Shown here piece by piece: positions 38,700 to 52,200 of a stretch of DNA of 64,000 nucleotides. The position numbers and the translations under genes are program-made. Position 1 is the first letter of the stretch. Every line of letters begins with the position of its first letter. This stretch comes from Epiperipatus broadwayi (Eukaryota > Animalia > Onychophora): the NCBI GenBank assembly GCA_028023455.1, contig JAQFVV010000001.1, positions 34,596,001 to 34,660,000 on the forward strand. The letters are read 5' to 3'. The notes under the pieces were generated by a model. That model was not told where the DNA came from and did no database searches. It saw nothing but the letters and a program-made list of their open reading frames with translations.

Positions 38700-39670
38700 C
38701 ACTATTGTACAAATTATATATTGTAATCTCCATGTCTGTCTGATGCTGACTTTTTTAGATTTTTTTCAACTAATGATTGTTGTGATAAAATAAAACTGTG
38801 CACAATAATCTAATGTTATAGATAGATTGAAAATAAAGAAGAAAAGATATGGTCATTGAAGCACCATTGTAACACTCAAAACAGCAAACACTTCATGGTG
38901 ATGGCACAATTATGATGGAATATGTTAAAATATCAAAATTGCTTTGTCATTTTTAGATTATCTCAAATTATCCTAATACTATATCATTTTCAGAAGGTGG
39001 AATGATCACAATGCCATGGTTTTCTTTGTTAACATTATGCTAGAAGTTATCACCTATTTTTAAAAATAAAACATATACTTATAAAATAACAGTGTATACT
39101 TTTGATTTTTAATAATAATTTCACAATTATTATGTAAAAATAATCATGAATCTTAAATTTTGGAAAAAATCAAATTTTTAACTATTACAAAAAAATTTTT
39201 GAAGTACAAAGTAATCTCACAAATGATCTTAAGAATAGATTAAAAGGATTAGTTCCATCAAAGACATGTAAGCAGACTAAAATACTTTGATCTTGCTGTT
39301 ATTCTATTATATTTGCCTCTAGATTTTTTAAAATTAAAAAGTCAAAATACAAAAGTACGCATGTTAGTAATTTAAAATATAGATATTGGGAAATACTTCA
39401 GTAGATGACTGTACAAATGTGATTTAAAAGTAAAGTGATTACAGCAATTTTTCTGGATTTCTTTGACTAAAATACATAATCTCACGGTATTTAACAATTA
39501 ACAAAATTGCACAACCATTCAGAGCATGGTTGGTTGTCTTGTTGTGATTGTACTTCAAACAATTGGTGAACCTGGATTTGTTTGGATTAGTTTTTCATGT
39601 GTACTCACCATGTGTTGCAGTATCATTATTGTCAATTATTCATCCATAAAATTCCATCAATGTTTTATTA
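38700..39670. mobile_element. Tc1-type transposase relics
   Basis: + strand TLHGDGTIMM at ~38888-38920 (cf. TVKHGGGSIMVWG). Minus strand IDGI...QQDNQP..SEW at ~39500-39660 (cf. IDG.M...FQQDNDPKH). Confidence 0.4.
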
Positions 39671-41091
39671 AAAATGATGACTGTTTGTAAGTTTGTTTTT
39701 AAATTTCTGTTTACAGGTCATAATGACAAGTATTTTGACAAAGTGGTTTATTTTTTCTTGTTTACAAGTCAGAAATTATTCTGTTTACTTGTCGATAGTA
39801 TTTAGTCAAAATATTTAAAGTAAAAAAAATGCCACTATTTAAACAATTGCAAGATTGCATATAAAATTCTCACATATTTATTGTTTATATTATTTAGTGG
39901 AAAAAACTGAAAAAATAAGCTAAAATCATAAGTGAAATAATAAAAAATTTGTGTCTATTTGAACAACCACAAATCTCTCTATTCAAATATTTACTTTTAA
40001 TATGTGTATTTTTTTAGCCAAAGTATGGGGAAATGTTCGGTTTATCACTTAGTGTATTAGTTATGGTTTGGTTGGCTCTCCTGAGTGTATAATAGAAATC
40101 CCATAGTCATTCTAAATCAATACTGAATTTTATTCCTAAATGTCATTTTTATAAATATTGTCTATTTGATCATAAAATATTATTTGATTGAGTGTAAATT
40201 CTTTTAAAATCTTATATTATGGGAATTAGGCATGTAAAGTGATTGTAATGGTGACCTTAAATGAGAAATAATGCCTTTGGAATAATAGAATCAAAAATTG
40301 TCTAAGAAGAAGATAATAAAAGAATCATGTGTATATGATAATTGAAAGTGTGTAAAGAAATCAATAAAAAAAATTTGAACAGAATTTTAACCAAATTTTC
40401 TTCATGATTTAACCAGTAAGTTACCTTGTAATTAACTAAAGAAGTGTCTGAAAGTTAACTCTCAATCAATTAACAGGAAATGTATCTAAATATCAAAGTG
40501 TGCATATAAAATAATAATAAAATCCCATAACACTTTGAACCTTTTATGAACAAACTAGACTACTTGCTGCTTTTTATTTATTATATGACTGAAAAATGAA
40601 TCTTATTTATTTGCTTATTTATAATAAAGTTAGAATTTTTTTTTATTTTATACATTTAAATTAACCAGGACAGAAATTAATAAATTATCTTATGGATTGA
40701 TTTACACAAAGATTTGCAATTTTTCTTCCTGACAATTTTCCCTCAAGATTCAAAACTATGAGAGAGCTCGGTTTGCTGTATGATAAGAGTTTATTTTCCT
40801 ACTGCTTGGCTGTCTTTAATTATTATTTTTCTACATTTCAACCATTTTATGGGTAATATAAAATATGCCAAATTAAAAGATGGAATTAATGGAAAATTTA
40901 CTCAGTATTTTTGGCTAAATTTATATACAGAATAAATGTTTCAATTTGGTGTATTTTAGGTTAATTTGAATATGATCTAAATGTAGGAAAATAATAATAT
41001 ATATAAATTCAATAAAAATAAAACAAGATTTATAAAAGAAAATCTGTTTAAATACAAGTATAGTATATATACTTAAGCTAGATGTAATTAG

Positions 41092-41387
41092 AGGGGATTT
41101 GAACCCAGACTTCCAAACTCCCTTTAGTCATTCAGTTTATCTATTCAACCTATACACATGACCACATACATGTAAGAAAGATAAATGATCTCCAATAAAC
41201 GTATTTCTTGCTGAACCAGCATATGTGGGAGATAATGATCCAGACCAACTGATAAGTGTTGTTTTAGCATGAAATACATATATTGAAGGTTATTTACCTT
41301 TCTCACATGTATGTGGTCGTGTGTATCAGTTGTATAAGATAAACTGAATGACTAAAGTGAGTTTGGAAGACTGGGTTCAAATCTCCT
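41092..41387. mobile_element. ~296-bp almost fully palindromic element with tRNA-like A/B boxes in each arm
   Basis: 41092-41221 is the imperfect reverse complement of 41259-41387. The right arm has tgtggtcgtgtg (A-box-like) and gggttcaaatctc (B-box-like). Confidence 0.85.
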
Positions 41388-43322
41388 TTAAAAAATGTGA
41401 ATTATTTATAAAAACTGGATTATATTTATAAAGAGAATTTAGTTTTAACTGTAATTATAATTCTATTAAGCATTATGTAAGATATCACAAGATTATAACA
41501 CTTGATTATTACTGGAAAATACTTTGGTGTTGCAGTCATTTTTCCCCAAAAAAATTTTATCTTACTTTTTTTAGAATTACTTCATATTTTCATAAGCCCT
41601 AATGTTTATAGCAAAAATATTATTTAATGGAATTATGACCTCCGCCCCCCCCCCCTATCTTCCCAAGACATCGTATTGATTTCTTTCATTTGAAAAGACT
41701 AAAAAAAATTGAGAAAAGTGTGTCGCCATAATGTACTAACTATATAACGGATCATTTAATGATCCTCAAATTATAATTCTCAATATTTGGCATCAGAAAT
41801 GCAAATTAGAATTGTGTTTGTAGAGAATATTGTTAAGTTAGTTTTATTGGTTGTTTTACAATCATATTATCACTGTTTAAATTCTTTTAGCGGTTTTGAT
41901 TATCATATAGCAAAAATTGTATAATAATATTATGGACTAATTACTCTCAGTTTAAATTTAAACTGGATTCAAATCCAGGTGGAGTTTTAAGTAATTGATA
42001 TTTTTTCTATTCAAGTTTTGTTTTTTTTATAGCTGATCTATAGCCAAACAAATTAACTATTAGTTAGTAAATGGGAATTTTTAATTTGAAGGTAAAGATT
42101 ACAAAATAAGTTATGTGATTATTGAAGCACTGACCATAAAATAAAATTCATTTCAACTTTTGCTGCTGGTAATGGAAGTATATACATTATTGATATTGAA
42201 CACTTAGGTTTTCTTTCATCATAATAATAGAATGCTTTTTTTTTTACAGTGCATCTCCAGAATTCAATGTCACTAAAGTAAGTACCCAATGATAGCTAAA
42301 ACCTGCTTTCAAAAATGTTAATGTAAAAATTAATGATGTTAGGTGTGCTTTAATAGTGAAAAACTTGAATAACATGATTGAATTCTATAATTTGGTGATA
42401 GCTAGATTATGTCTTCTTAATATATTTTGTCTTATTTTTAGTTTTCTGCCATTTATTATTAAGTTATATAGTAAATGTATGTGGGAAGGGTTGATCAGTT
42501 TAGGAAAATAGTATTTTCTGATTAAAAAGTCTGAAAACTTGTAAATAAAAAATTTTCACTAATGCAAACATGCTACAAAAAAGCATACTTAAAGAAGGGA
42601 TTATTCATTACTATGGTATGTCCAGAAGAAATTATAAAATCAATTTTTAGAGATTAGTAGTGTTATGATCATTTTTTTTAAAAAAATTATTTTTTTAAGA
42701 ATAGGATGTACTAACAGTATAAAGATAATTTTTAATAGCTGCTTTGATAAGATTGAAGCAAAACGTTTGTATAAGCTTGTTTGTTTATTTTGTTGTTGTT
42801 TTTTACTGTTAAAAAAATATATATATTGCTACATTTTAATAGTGATTTTATGAAGTCTTTCAATTATAAGGGCACAATAATTATTATTTCATAACTTTTT
42901 AAATAAGAATCTCGTATCAGTTATCTAGAATCTTCTGCTTTCTTTTACCCTTCCCCAATTACAGGTTTGACTTGAATATTTATTCTATGCAGCATATTTT
43001 GCACATAAACAATTATGCATGCGTATATTTTAAATGATTATTATTATTATTTTTAAGTCAACAAAAAAGAACTGTATTTTCTTTGGGATTTATGTTTAAC
43101 TATTTACATATATGTGTACATTGTGGTTTGTTGCTGGAAATCAAATTAATACTTATGGACATTTATGGTAAAATTGCTGTGTTATAATTGGCATTTATTT
43201 TTTAGCATTTTTCTTTAAAATTATCTGGGTTTCTACTTTGTTAACTACTTTCCAAGTTTTAAAAACCACTAAACATCACCTTATCGCCATTCCTTCTCAA
43301 GCTGTTATTACAGAGGCAAGAA

Positions 43323-43435
43323 TACAGTAGTGCCACTCAGTGCAAGCTAAAGTAATCAATGGATGCAAGATGGGGATTTTATGCACAAACCTTGCATCCA
43401 TTGATTACTCTAGCTTGCACTGGGTGGCTGTTACT
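43323..43435. mobile_element. Hairpin MITE related to hairpin B at 30808-30945
   Basis: Starts TA-CAGTAGTGCC. 38-bp arms at 43332-43369 / 43391-43428 (2 non-Watson-Crick positions). Shares agtaatcaatggatgc, gatggggattttatgcacaa and gcatccattgattactct with the 30.8-kb copy. Confidence 0.85.
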
Positions 43436-46429
43436 TTCCAGGTTATTGAATTTAGTGATTATAATGTCTTTCATTTTTTATACCAAAACAATTTATTTCT
43501 TAATAGTTATTAACATTTCATTCAAAATGTTCTAATCCTCTAAAAAATCACCATTTATAACCTTGTCTTATACAATTGATTTTTAATCAAAATATGTATA
43601 TTAAGTTTTAAAAAAAATGTTAGTCACTTGGCTGCTTTGTCTTTTTATTTGCAGAATTTCTGAAAGATTAAAATGGTAAAATATTTTTTAAGGTGGCAAA
43701 TGGCATTCATAATGTCATCATAGATGAACCCAAGCAGATAGGTTGAAAAAACAAGTATGCAATATAGTTAGGAAACTGATAAAGAAATTTAAAAAGATAG
43801 TATCTTGCCACAAATCTCATTATGGTCAAATCAAACTGCCCAAGAGTATATTGCATGATATTTTGAAAAAAAATTCATAAATTTAAAATCTTTCAATGTC
43901 TGACTAAGAATAGTTATAACTGCCCATTTAAAATCTGTAATTATTGTAACAAAATAAAGCAGATGAGAATTTTATGGATGGTGCTATATTTTCTGACAAG
44001 ATAAATTATAAATAAGGTAATGAATAAGATTTTAAATATTATTCGATGAAAATATTCATTGATACTCTAATAGTAAAGGACCAAATAGGTTAATAGTGTG
44101 AAATATATAGTTCATATGTATTTGGATATAAAAATGTTTGGTGATGCTTATGGTATAAAGACTTATAATAATTTACTCAATAAATCAAATGATTAGTGCA
44201 AGATATTTTTCTTGCATTGTGTAATTAAATTGTGTATTTACATGTTAGATAATCAATGAATTATTAATCTATTAGATTTTATATGTGAAGGAAATTTAAA
44301 TTTGAATGTAACTTTTTTCTCTTTTGTTATACAAGTATTTATCACAGTGAAGAAAAAAGTCAACAAAAAAAAAAGTATAATATTTCAAGGATAAAATGTA
44401 TTCATTTTTATACGTTAGATCAGATGTTACGAGGCAAATGTATCAGCTTATAATCATATAAGTGAGATTTGAGTATTGGAAGTAACTGGATTAGGCCACA
44501 ATCCATGGATCTTGAGCTCCAAAATCTGCCTCCTGTATTAAATTATGAACAATTCTTATGTTATTTGTAATATAAGATGATCTAATTTGTTAGATCAATA
44601 CATAATGCTCAGAAACTTGGTAATGAAAGAAAAAAATGACAATGAAATGGATATTATATGGCATAACTACAATATCCCCAAACTAATTTCTGGCTTTTGT
44701 CTTCATCATTGAGGGTACGATTCAAAGCTGGAACTAATACACTTATGTATCTAGCAATCACCTAACTAACAAGTAGAAGGGGACTACATTCACAAAATAC
44801 CAAGGTTTCTAAAATGCATAGAAACTGATCTGCATTCAGATCTATATAAGTATGAAAATGAGTTGACTTGGGTTTAGAAGGATTTTTTTTTTTAAATTAT
44901 AACTTATCAGCATAAATAGTATAAAAAAGTAAAAGATAATTGCTGGATGTGGCTCCAGCTTTTGATTCTAGTCCTCACTGTTGAAATCAAAAACCAGAAA
45001 CTCATCTGGGAATTGAGATATTGTAGCATTATACGATTTATTTATAGATTAGTCGAGCTTACAGTAAAATATTCTAGCCATAGATTGAAGAGAAAAGATC
45101 TTGGAAGATAGGAATAAGTCTATGACAAAATTATGTGATGTTGTTGGTTTCAGGAATAGTGAATATAAGCTAGAGCAGTCTAAACTAAGAGATGATAGGT
45201 CATTCTGGTAAAATGCTAATTTATATAATCACCATTATCAATCTAGATTTGATGATACTTAATCATACCAATAATTTAAAGAATAGTTATTAATAAACTT
45301 TTTTTTTAGGAAAAAATATACCTGATTCTCTTTAAAAAATAATTATCAAGAACAAATAAAATTGATATTACTACTTCAACAGGATTGAATGAATATATGA
45401 AAAATTTGTTCTAGTTTTAACAATTCAAACTATCATTATATTAGCAAACATAATTATTACAGTGTAGTAACATGTAATATGTGAGGATGTTATAATTTAT
45501 CACTGGACATTATCAGGCAATATTTTTCATGAAGTTATATATATATGCTAATACCAAAATCACTGAAATTTAAATAAGCATTTGTAGAAATATATATATA
45601 TTTCATTTAAAATTTTTATAATACAAATAGAAACTAATGTAATGTCTTATTATTTATTATACAAACATTCAAGGCTTATGCGAAAAAGGTTAAAGCCTTT
45701 CTTTTTCTAAATACAAATTCTCTGCAAGAAGTCTGAATTGAAATTTGATTTTTTTTTTATGATCATCAATTTTTCATATTAAATTATTATAATCAGTCTC
45801 TTAATAGTAATCTTAGTTATAGTTAAGAATATTTATTTTAGTATTTTCTTTGGAGACAGATTATAATATTAAAACTATTTCTTTATTTAAAAACAATATT
45901 ATTTATTAGTATTCTTTATTAATCATTTTTGATTAATCCGTTGAAATGATGAGTTTCCGATATTTCAAGAAATTTAAATTATATATATATTCTTGTCTTC
46001 CGAAAATAAATTAACTGAATATACTTTCTAGAAAAACATAAGCAGTATTGAAATTAAATAAATGCATCTTTGTAATAAATAAAACAATTCACATGCAATT
46101 TTTTTTTTTTATAAATCTTGAATTTATTTATTTTTTTAATAGGATTAAACTTTATTGGTACAACGTGTTTTATAAGGTAAACTTTGATTTACATTGTGTA
46201 ATATGGAGATCTAAAATGATACACTGTATTTTTGTCCATAGCATTTCTAAGAATTGATCAACCTGTGAATGTTTAAAGCATCAGTCCATGAGGCAGTTAA
46301 TTATTAAAAGTAAACCTAGGTTATAATTAGGAATTATTTGTAAAGTCTAGAGTTCAAATATGAATAGCGCTTTAGGAGTACAATATTGAAAAATCCAATT
46401 TGCAGTAGATAAGTTGAGGAATAGGAAAA

Positions 46430-46900
46430 CACTTGAGACAATATAAAATACAGACTAAGTCAATCTACTATTAAGTTCTCCCAAATGGCTTTGAATATCC
46501 CCAGAAGAGAGCAATCCAGTATACTTTGGAAGAACTATGGAAAACAAGGAAAAAAACAGCTTTAAATTGTCTCTGCTGAAAACCATTCCAATCCTCTACG
46601 AAAAATCATATGAACAGCGAATGACCAACCTTATCAATAGCCACATTGGAAATAATAGAAATAATTAAGGCAAATCACTTGCAATTTAAGCCATTAGATC
46701 AAACTGCAGTTTACTTTGCAATAATACATGGATAAAATCATCTATAAAAATATCACTAAAAATGTTATTTTTTCTTTCCTATGAATAAGAAATTCAACAT
46801 CTGAAACGAGATACCCACAGCATCCTCATCCCAGCTCCCATACTCTAACAGAACTAGGATTTAGGCTCCTGGTGGCTCTCCCAACAACCACACTCTCATT
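46430..46900 (+). mobile_element. Decayed LINE ORF2 C-terminus (zinc-knuckle region)
   Basis: LNCLC*KPFQSSTKNHMNSE*P resembles C..C.....T..H...EC, followed by IEIIKANH, similar to the fragment at 22835. Confidence 0.35.
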
Positions 46901-48602
46901 CATTCAACAAAATTAAGTGAAATGAAAATTTTTATTAAAAGGAAAAATCTCTGTAGAAATCTTTTGAAACTTCAATGGCTGCCAGATAATTTGCACAGCG
47001 TTTTTATAAATGTTGAAATTATTTTTACTTGTTATAATGTGTTGACATAGCTTGTTATGAAAAGAGAGCCTAGAAACTCCTCTTTTAAATAGGAATAGTT
47101 TTAGAGAAAATTAATTCCCCAAACTAAGAAAAAAGGAACTAAAATGGGGAGCCAGAAAGAGTCAACTGGAGTCCTCTTATAAATTATAATCATACTTCAA
47201 CTATATTCTTTTATATTCGATTGTATTCTTGTATAGTCTTTCTCAAAGAACAATTAAAAAATAAAAGTAATATATATAAATACAAATTACTTTTATCTCA
47301 AATCTCTTCTCACAAACAATCTTAAATTTCACCATCACTATAATGACTTAAGGTGCATATAAAAATGTATAAGATTTTTTTTATTAGTTTAACCTTTAGC
47401 CTCATTTACATTATTCTGTTCTTCGCTCACTGTTTCTATCTATCACATTATCCATTCTTAATATTATGCCTATTCCATTGTTTACGTTTTGTTTCTAAGA
47501 ATAAAATTGTAACTTTTCTCCTTCTAAAATTTTTATTGTTTTGTTTGCCTGGTTTGTTTTTTTTTTGTTTGTTTGTAAAATCATTTCACTATAAACTATG
47601 GTAAATAATATATTATTATAATGCAAGATTTCCAACAATTATTTTCATTACTGCTTTCTTATTGTAGTATTTTGGAAGCAGGAGTATTTATTTCTGCTTA
47701 ATATATATATATTTTTACAATCTGACATTAGACCCAGTCAGTAGTTTAACTTTAACTTTCCAAACCACTTTTCAAATAGAGAATCTAATGAATATTTTGA
47801 TGATGTAACTCTTAAATATCAGACATATTCCTCATTTTGAATTTATAACATTAGTAATACACTATGCGCATCTCACAGTTGTAATTAAATGTATATTGAA
47901 CAGTTGAATCAGTCTGCTTTTTTGAAAATAGAATTATTATTTTTTAAATGGTATTTCCACAAATTAATCTGACAATCTTCTCCAAGTCCTTTTTTTTTTT
48001 TTATTGATTCTTTTCAATTCTCATTCAATTTCTTTTCTAGACTTCTAAAAATCCAACATATCACTATATTTAATAATTTGCTAATTTATTTCCTTTTCTA
48101 CTTATAATAAATATTCATTATTGTTAACTCTGTTTTTCTAACTGATGTTTCCAAAACTTTTTTAAATTTAATTTAAAATACTAAACAGAGTTTAAACAAT
48201 GGCAAAAACTAATTATTTATAAATAAATTGTTTCTTAGATGCTTATTATTGTCAAATTAGAAATTACATAAAAATAACAAAAGACAATATATCTGCATAG
48301 TTATTTTTAGATATCTATACAATGTATGTATGTACATTTTTCTTTAAAAAAATTTATTAGAAAAAAAATAATAATAATTTTGCATTTAAAATAAAGGCTT
48401 ACTTAAGTAATGGCATTAAAAAAAATTTTTTAGAAATAATATTTGATAATATTTAAAAGAGAGAGATGGAGGGAGGGATTCCAGCATCTTTTTTTTTTTT
48501 TTTATGAAAAACAAAAATAGAATTGTTTTATTTGATCTAACTCATGATAATAAATAAATGTTTTTAAGGATAAAAATTATTAGGAAAAAAACTACAAATG
48601 AT

Positions 48603-49219
48603 ATGATCCATCTATCCTTTCAACCCAAACATTTAAGTATGGGAAAATCTTAAGTATTTGGAAATGAGAGCATGAAGATATTAAACAATCACTTTAAATT
48701 ATCTTTACTATGCCTGAATGAATGACGCTTGCAAAATTTATTAGAATTTACGATACGTCATTTTTAGTTGAAATTAAACATATGTTAATAAGATATTTAT
48801 TTTATATATCGCAATGTTTTTAAACTATAATAATAATCAGCATTAAGCTAATGCACATGCGCTATATAAAATAAATATCTTATTTACGTATGTTTAATTT
48901 CAACTAAGACTGACGTATCCTAAATTTTAGTAAATTTCGCAAGCGTCATTCATTCCGGCATTGTAAAGATAATTTAAAATGATTATTTAATATCTTCACG
49001 CTCTCATTTCCAAATACTTAAGATTTGCCCATACTTAAACGTTTGGGTTGAAATGATAGATAGATTCATTCTATATTTTCATAAAGACTTTATCTTGTGT
49101 TTGAAAAGTGAGAGTATTCATTTATAGTTAAAATCACAAAGCACATGTGCATTAGCTTAATGCTGATTATTATTACAGTTTAAAAACATCGCGCTATATA
49201 AAATAAATATCTTATTTAC
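48603..49219. repeat. Foldback with ~210-bp inverted arms plus a third inverted copy of the loop region
   Basis: 48603-48812 pairs with 48859-49068. 49143-49219 is the reverse complement of 48782-48858. Confidence 0.88.
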
Positions 49220-52200
49220 AAATGATATGGTTCAAAATTTATATATATATACTCACTTTAATGTACTAAACCAAAATATTTCTTCCGTTACTTTTTATTG
49301 TTTTCAGTTGACAATAGGATGAAGCATTTACAGTATTATTTTTTTATCTGAAATAAAATTAGAAATTTGTGATTAATAACTAAAATGAATATTATTAATT
49401 ATTAAGCATGCTTAATTTTTATTATAAAAATCAATGAAATTAATATATAATAGATTCCTTTTTTTTTTTTTTAGTTTTTGCTGTCACTCTCCATTGACAA
49501 AAAAAAATGGAGAAAATAATATTTCACACTTTTGTGCATAAATGTATATGTGTGAATAAATTTAAGTATTGTGAACACTTATATTTAATGAGCTTTCATA
49601 AAGCTATAGTGAATGTTTTATGAAAATATCCTGAAAATAGAAAGGATATGGTCAACAAGTATTCCTTGTATCTTTAATCCCTTTCTAAAAATGTATGTTT
49701 TGTAATTTTTGTTTTAAATAAGATTCCATATTAAGCAACATAACCTATTCCAGGGCCTATTCTCCCAAAGAAGATGCAATAAAGAAGACATAAACTTTGA
49801 CTCGCCTATTGTTTGTTTTTATTTTATTCATTAACTATTTTATGACTAGTTGTTGGATTGCTAGCTGCTAATTTTGGGCCATTATTCTAAAATATTAAAC
49901 TTGTTTAGAAATCATTATCTAAAAAAATTTCAAGTTTCTTTTGGATTCAAATTTTTGGTTATGAGAATGCTGTATATATATTGTATTAGAATATTCTCAA
50001 TCCATGACCATATATTTGAATTTTATCATTGTCCAAGATTTTTCTATTAATTGATATTCATTCTTAAATAGATGTTATTTTGATTGGAAATTGATTTCTT
50101 ACAAGTATGAGTAAGTACATGTGTGTACACACATATATAAAATGAAACTTGATAATATATGCTTTCCTAATTGCTGTTTATAAATAATTTTCTATTTTAA
50201 AGTCATCTATAGATTAGAGATTGGTAATTGGTTTTCTCAACTTAACTATGGGAAACCGCTTTTACAGCTTTTTTTTTCCTTTGAATTTTTGATTAATTGA
50301 TAATTATTTTCTTTCAAAATCATTTAAATTTTATCATTATTACTTTTATTATTTAGTAATAAAATGCATTGATGTTAATTTCATAAATGTAAAATTGAAT
50401 CTCATGCTAATAAAATGCAAACTTAATTAATTAACACCATAAATACAAAATATAAAATGCCTAAATTTATTATAATGCTTTTCATTATTAACTAAATTAT
50501 TAAGACAGGTTATTTTTTATTTGAAATGTCCTTTTTATCTGTATGCATTTTCTTAATTTCTTTAAGTAAATTTATATCATTATTTATATTTGTTACATGT
50601 ATATGTTTGTGTGTGCTTATTATTACTCCACACACACACTTCCACCCTGCATTCTTTTTTTCAGAGACATTAATCATCAAATAAACAAAGAATTGTAAGT
50701 AACTTTTTTTTTTTTTAGTTTGTTTTATTTTATTTCTTTTTTTTTTTTTTAGTTTGTTTGTTTTAACTAAAACATTTCTTACATTATTTAATATACTTAA
50801 AAGATTTATTACCATCAAAAGTTTTTAAAATACACTAAAATTCAATTTTGCAAATTCAGAAAATTAAAATTATTTTTTAAATCTATTACAAGAAATCTGT
50901 TTTCTGAATCACAAAGTCATTTGCTTGCTAATATATATATTGAATTAAAATATTTGAAACTGAAAATTTTATAACACTAAGCAATTAATTCTGAGTTCTG
51001 TATATTGAAATTCTTAATGTTTTCCAATGATATTACTTGCTTCCTTTATTTGAGAATATATATAGAGATGAACTCTATCTGTAATGAGTTTCATAACAAT
51101 TTTTAAAATAAGAAGGGAAAAAATTAACTGCTTATTGTTTGATAAACAGTCTATGGTGGTTTATCAACAAAATTATATCAAACATTACATTATATAGTTA
51201 GATAATTTTTAAAGTGAAATTTTGAAGAGAATGGGAAACATATGCTATTTAAAGTCACTTTGCAAAAAATTTACTATTTGTATTGCAATCGTTCTATGTT
51301 AGTATTTTTAACAATATAGTAAGTTCAATGTTTTAAATATTGTAGAATAGAAAAAATTTACATTTTTTTTTTTTTGTGCTTATTTATTGAAGATTAGTAT
51401 GAAAAAAGCTAATTCATTTATGTGTGTTTGTGTATTTATATATTTATTTTGTTGGCTTTCTAGTTACTTATGTTATAATTATCATCATAAATATATTTTA
51501 TATTTAGATATGCAAACTATGAAATATCACCAATGAAATACATTATCGTTTTCTCTCACAAGAAAAAAAATATATACATGGTTTTTTAAATACTATGCTT
51601 TTGTGTGATAGTTTCACTTTTTCTCTAATGTATAGCTTAGATTTACTATAAATATATATTTTTAAGACCTATCCTATGACTCTTAAAGCAATATTAATGT
51701 AAATATTGGTTTCACAGAATTTAAAGTTATATTAAATATAAATAAAAGAATTTAAGTGAGAATGTCTTTGTATATTAATCTCAAAAACTATAGTCTCTAC
51801 ACCTATAGGGGTGTATGATATGTTTTTCAATTCTAGTTTTTTTCATTCATTCCTATTCTGTGGGGTCTTCCTATTTTATCTATTCTTTGTGTAATAACAT
51901 TAGAATTTTTTGTTGTTAAATCAGCATTCATTCAACATACATGAAAAACGGTAATTTTATGTAGCATATTCTTTCAAGTGCCAAGATTCTTTTCACTGAA
52001 TATTTTATTATCACCATGCTTTATAATATATACTAGAAAATGTGCTTTTCCCCACTATATGTTTTGTAATTTATCTTTGCATTTTAAAATTCCTAATTAT
52101 ATTTTTTCTCTGTCTATTCTTAATTTTATTTCCATTTAGCAGTCATGATCACTAATGTAATTATTTTTTAAATAAACAAAACTTTCTATATTGTTTAGTT

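Noticed and set aside
40010-40065. Terminal TIAR exon candidates (tttttag|CCAAAGTATGGGG at ~40018; ttttcag|TTGA at ~49307)
   Set aside because: No low-complexity-type coding continuation and no supporting donor or UTR evidence.
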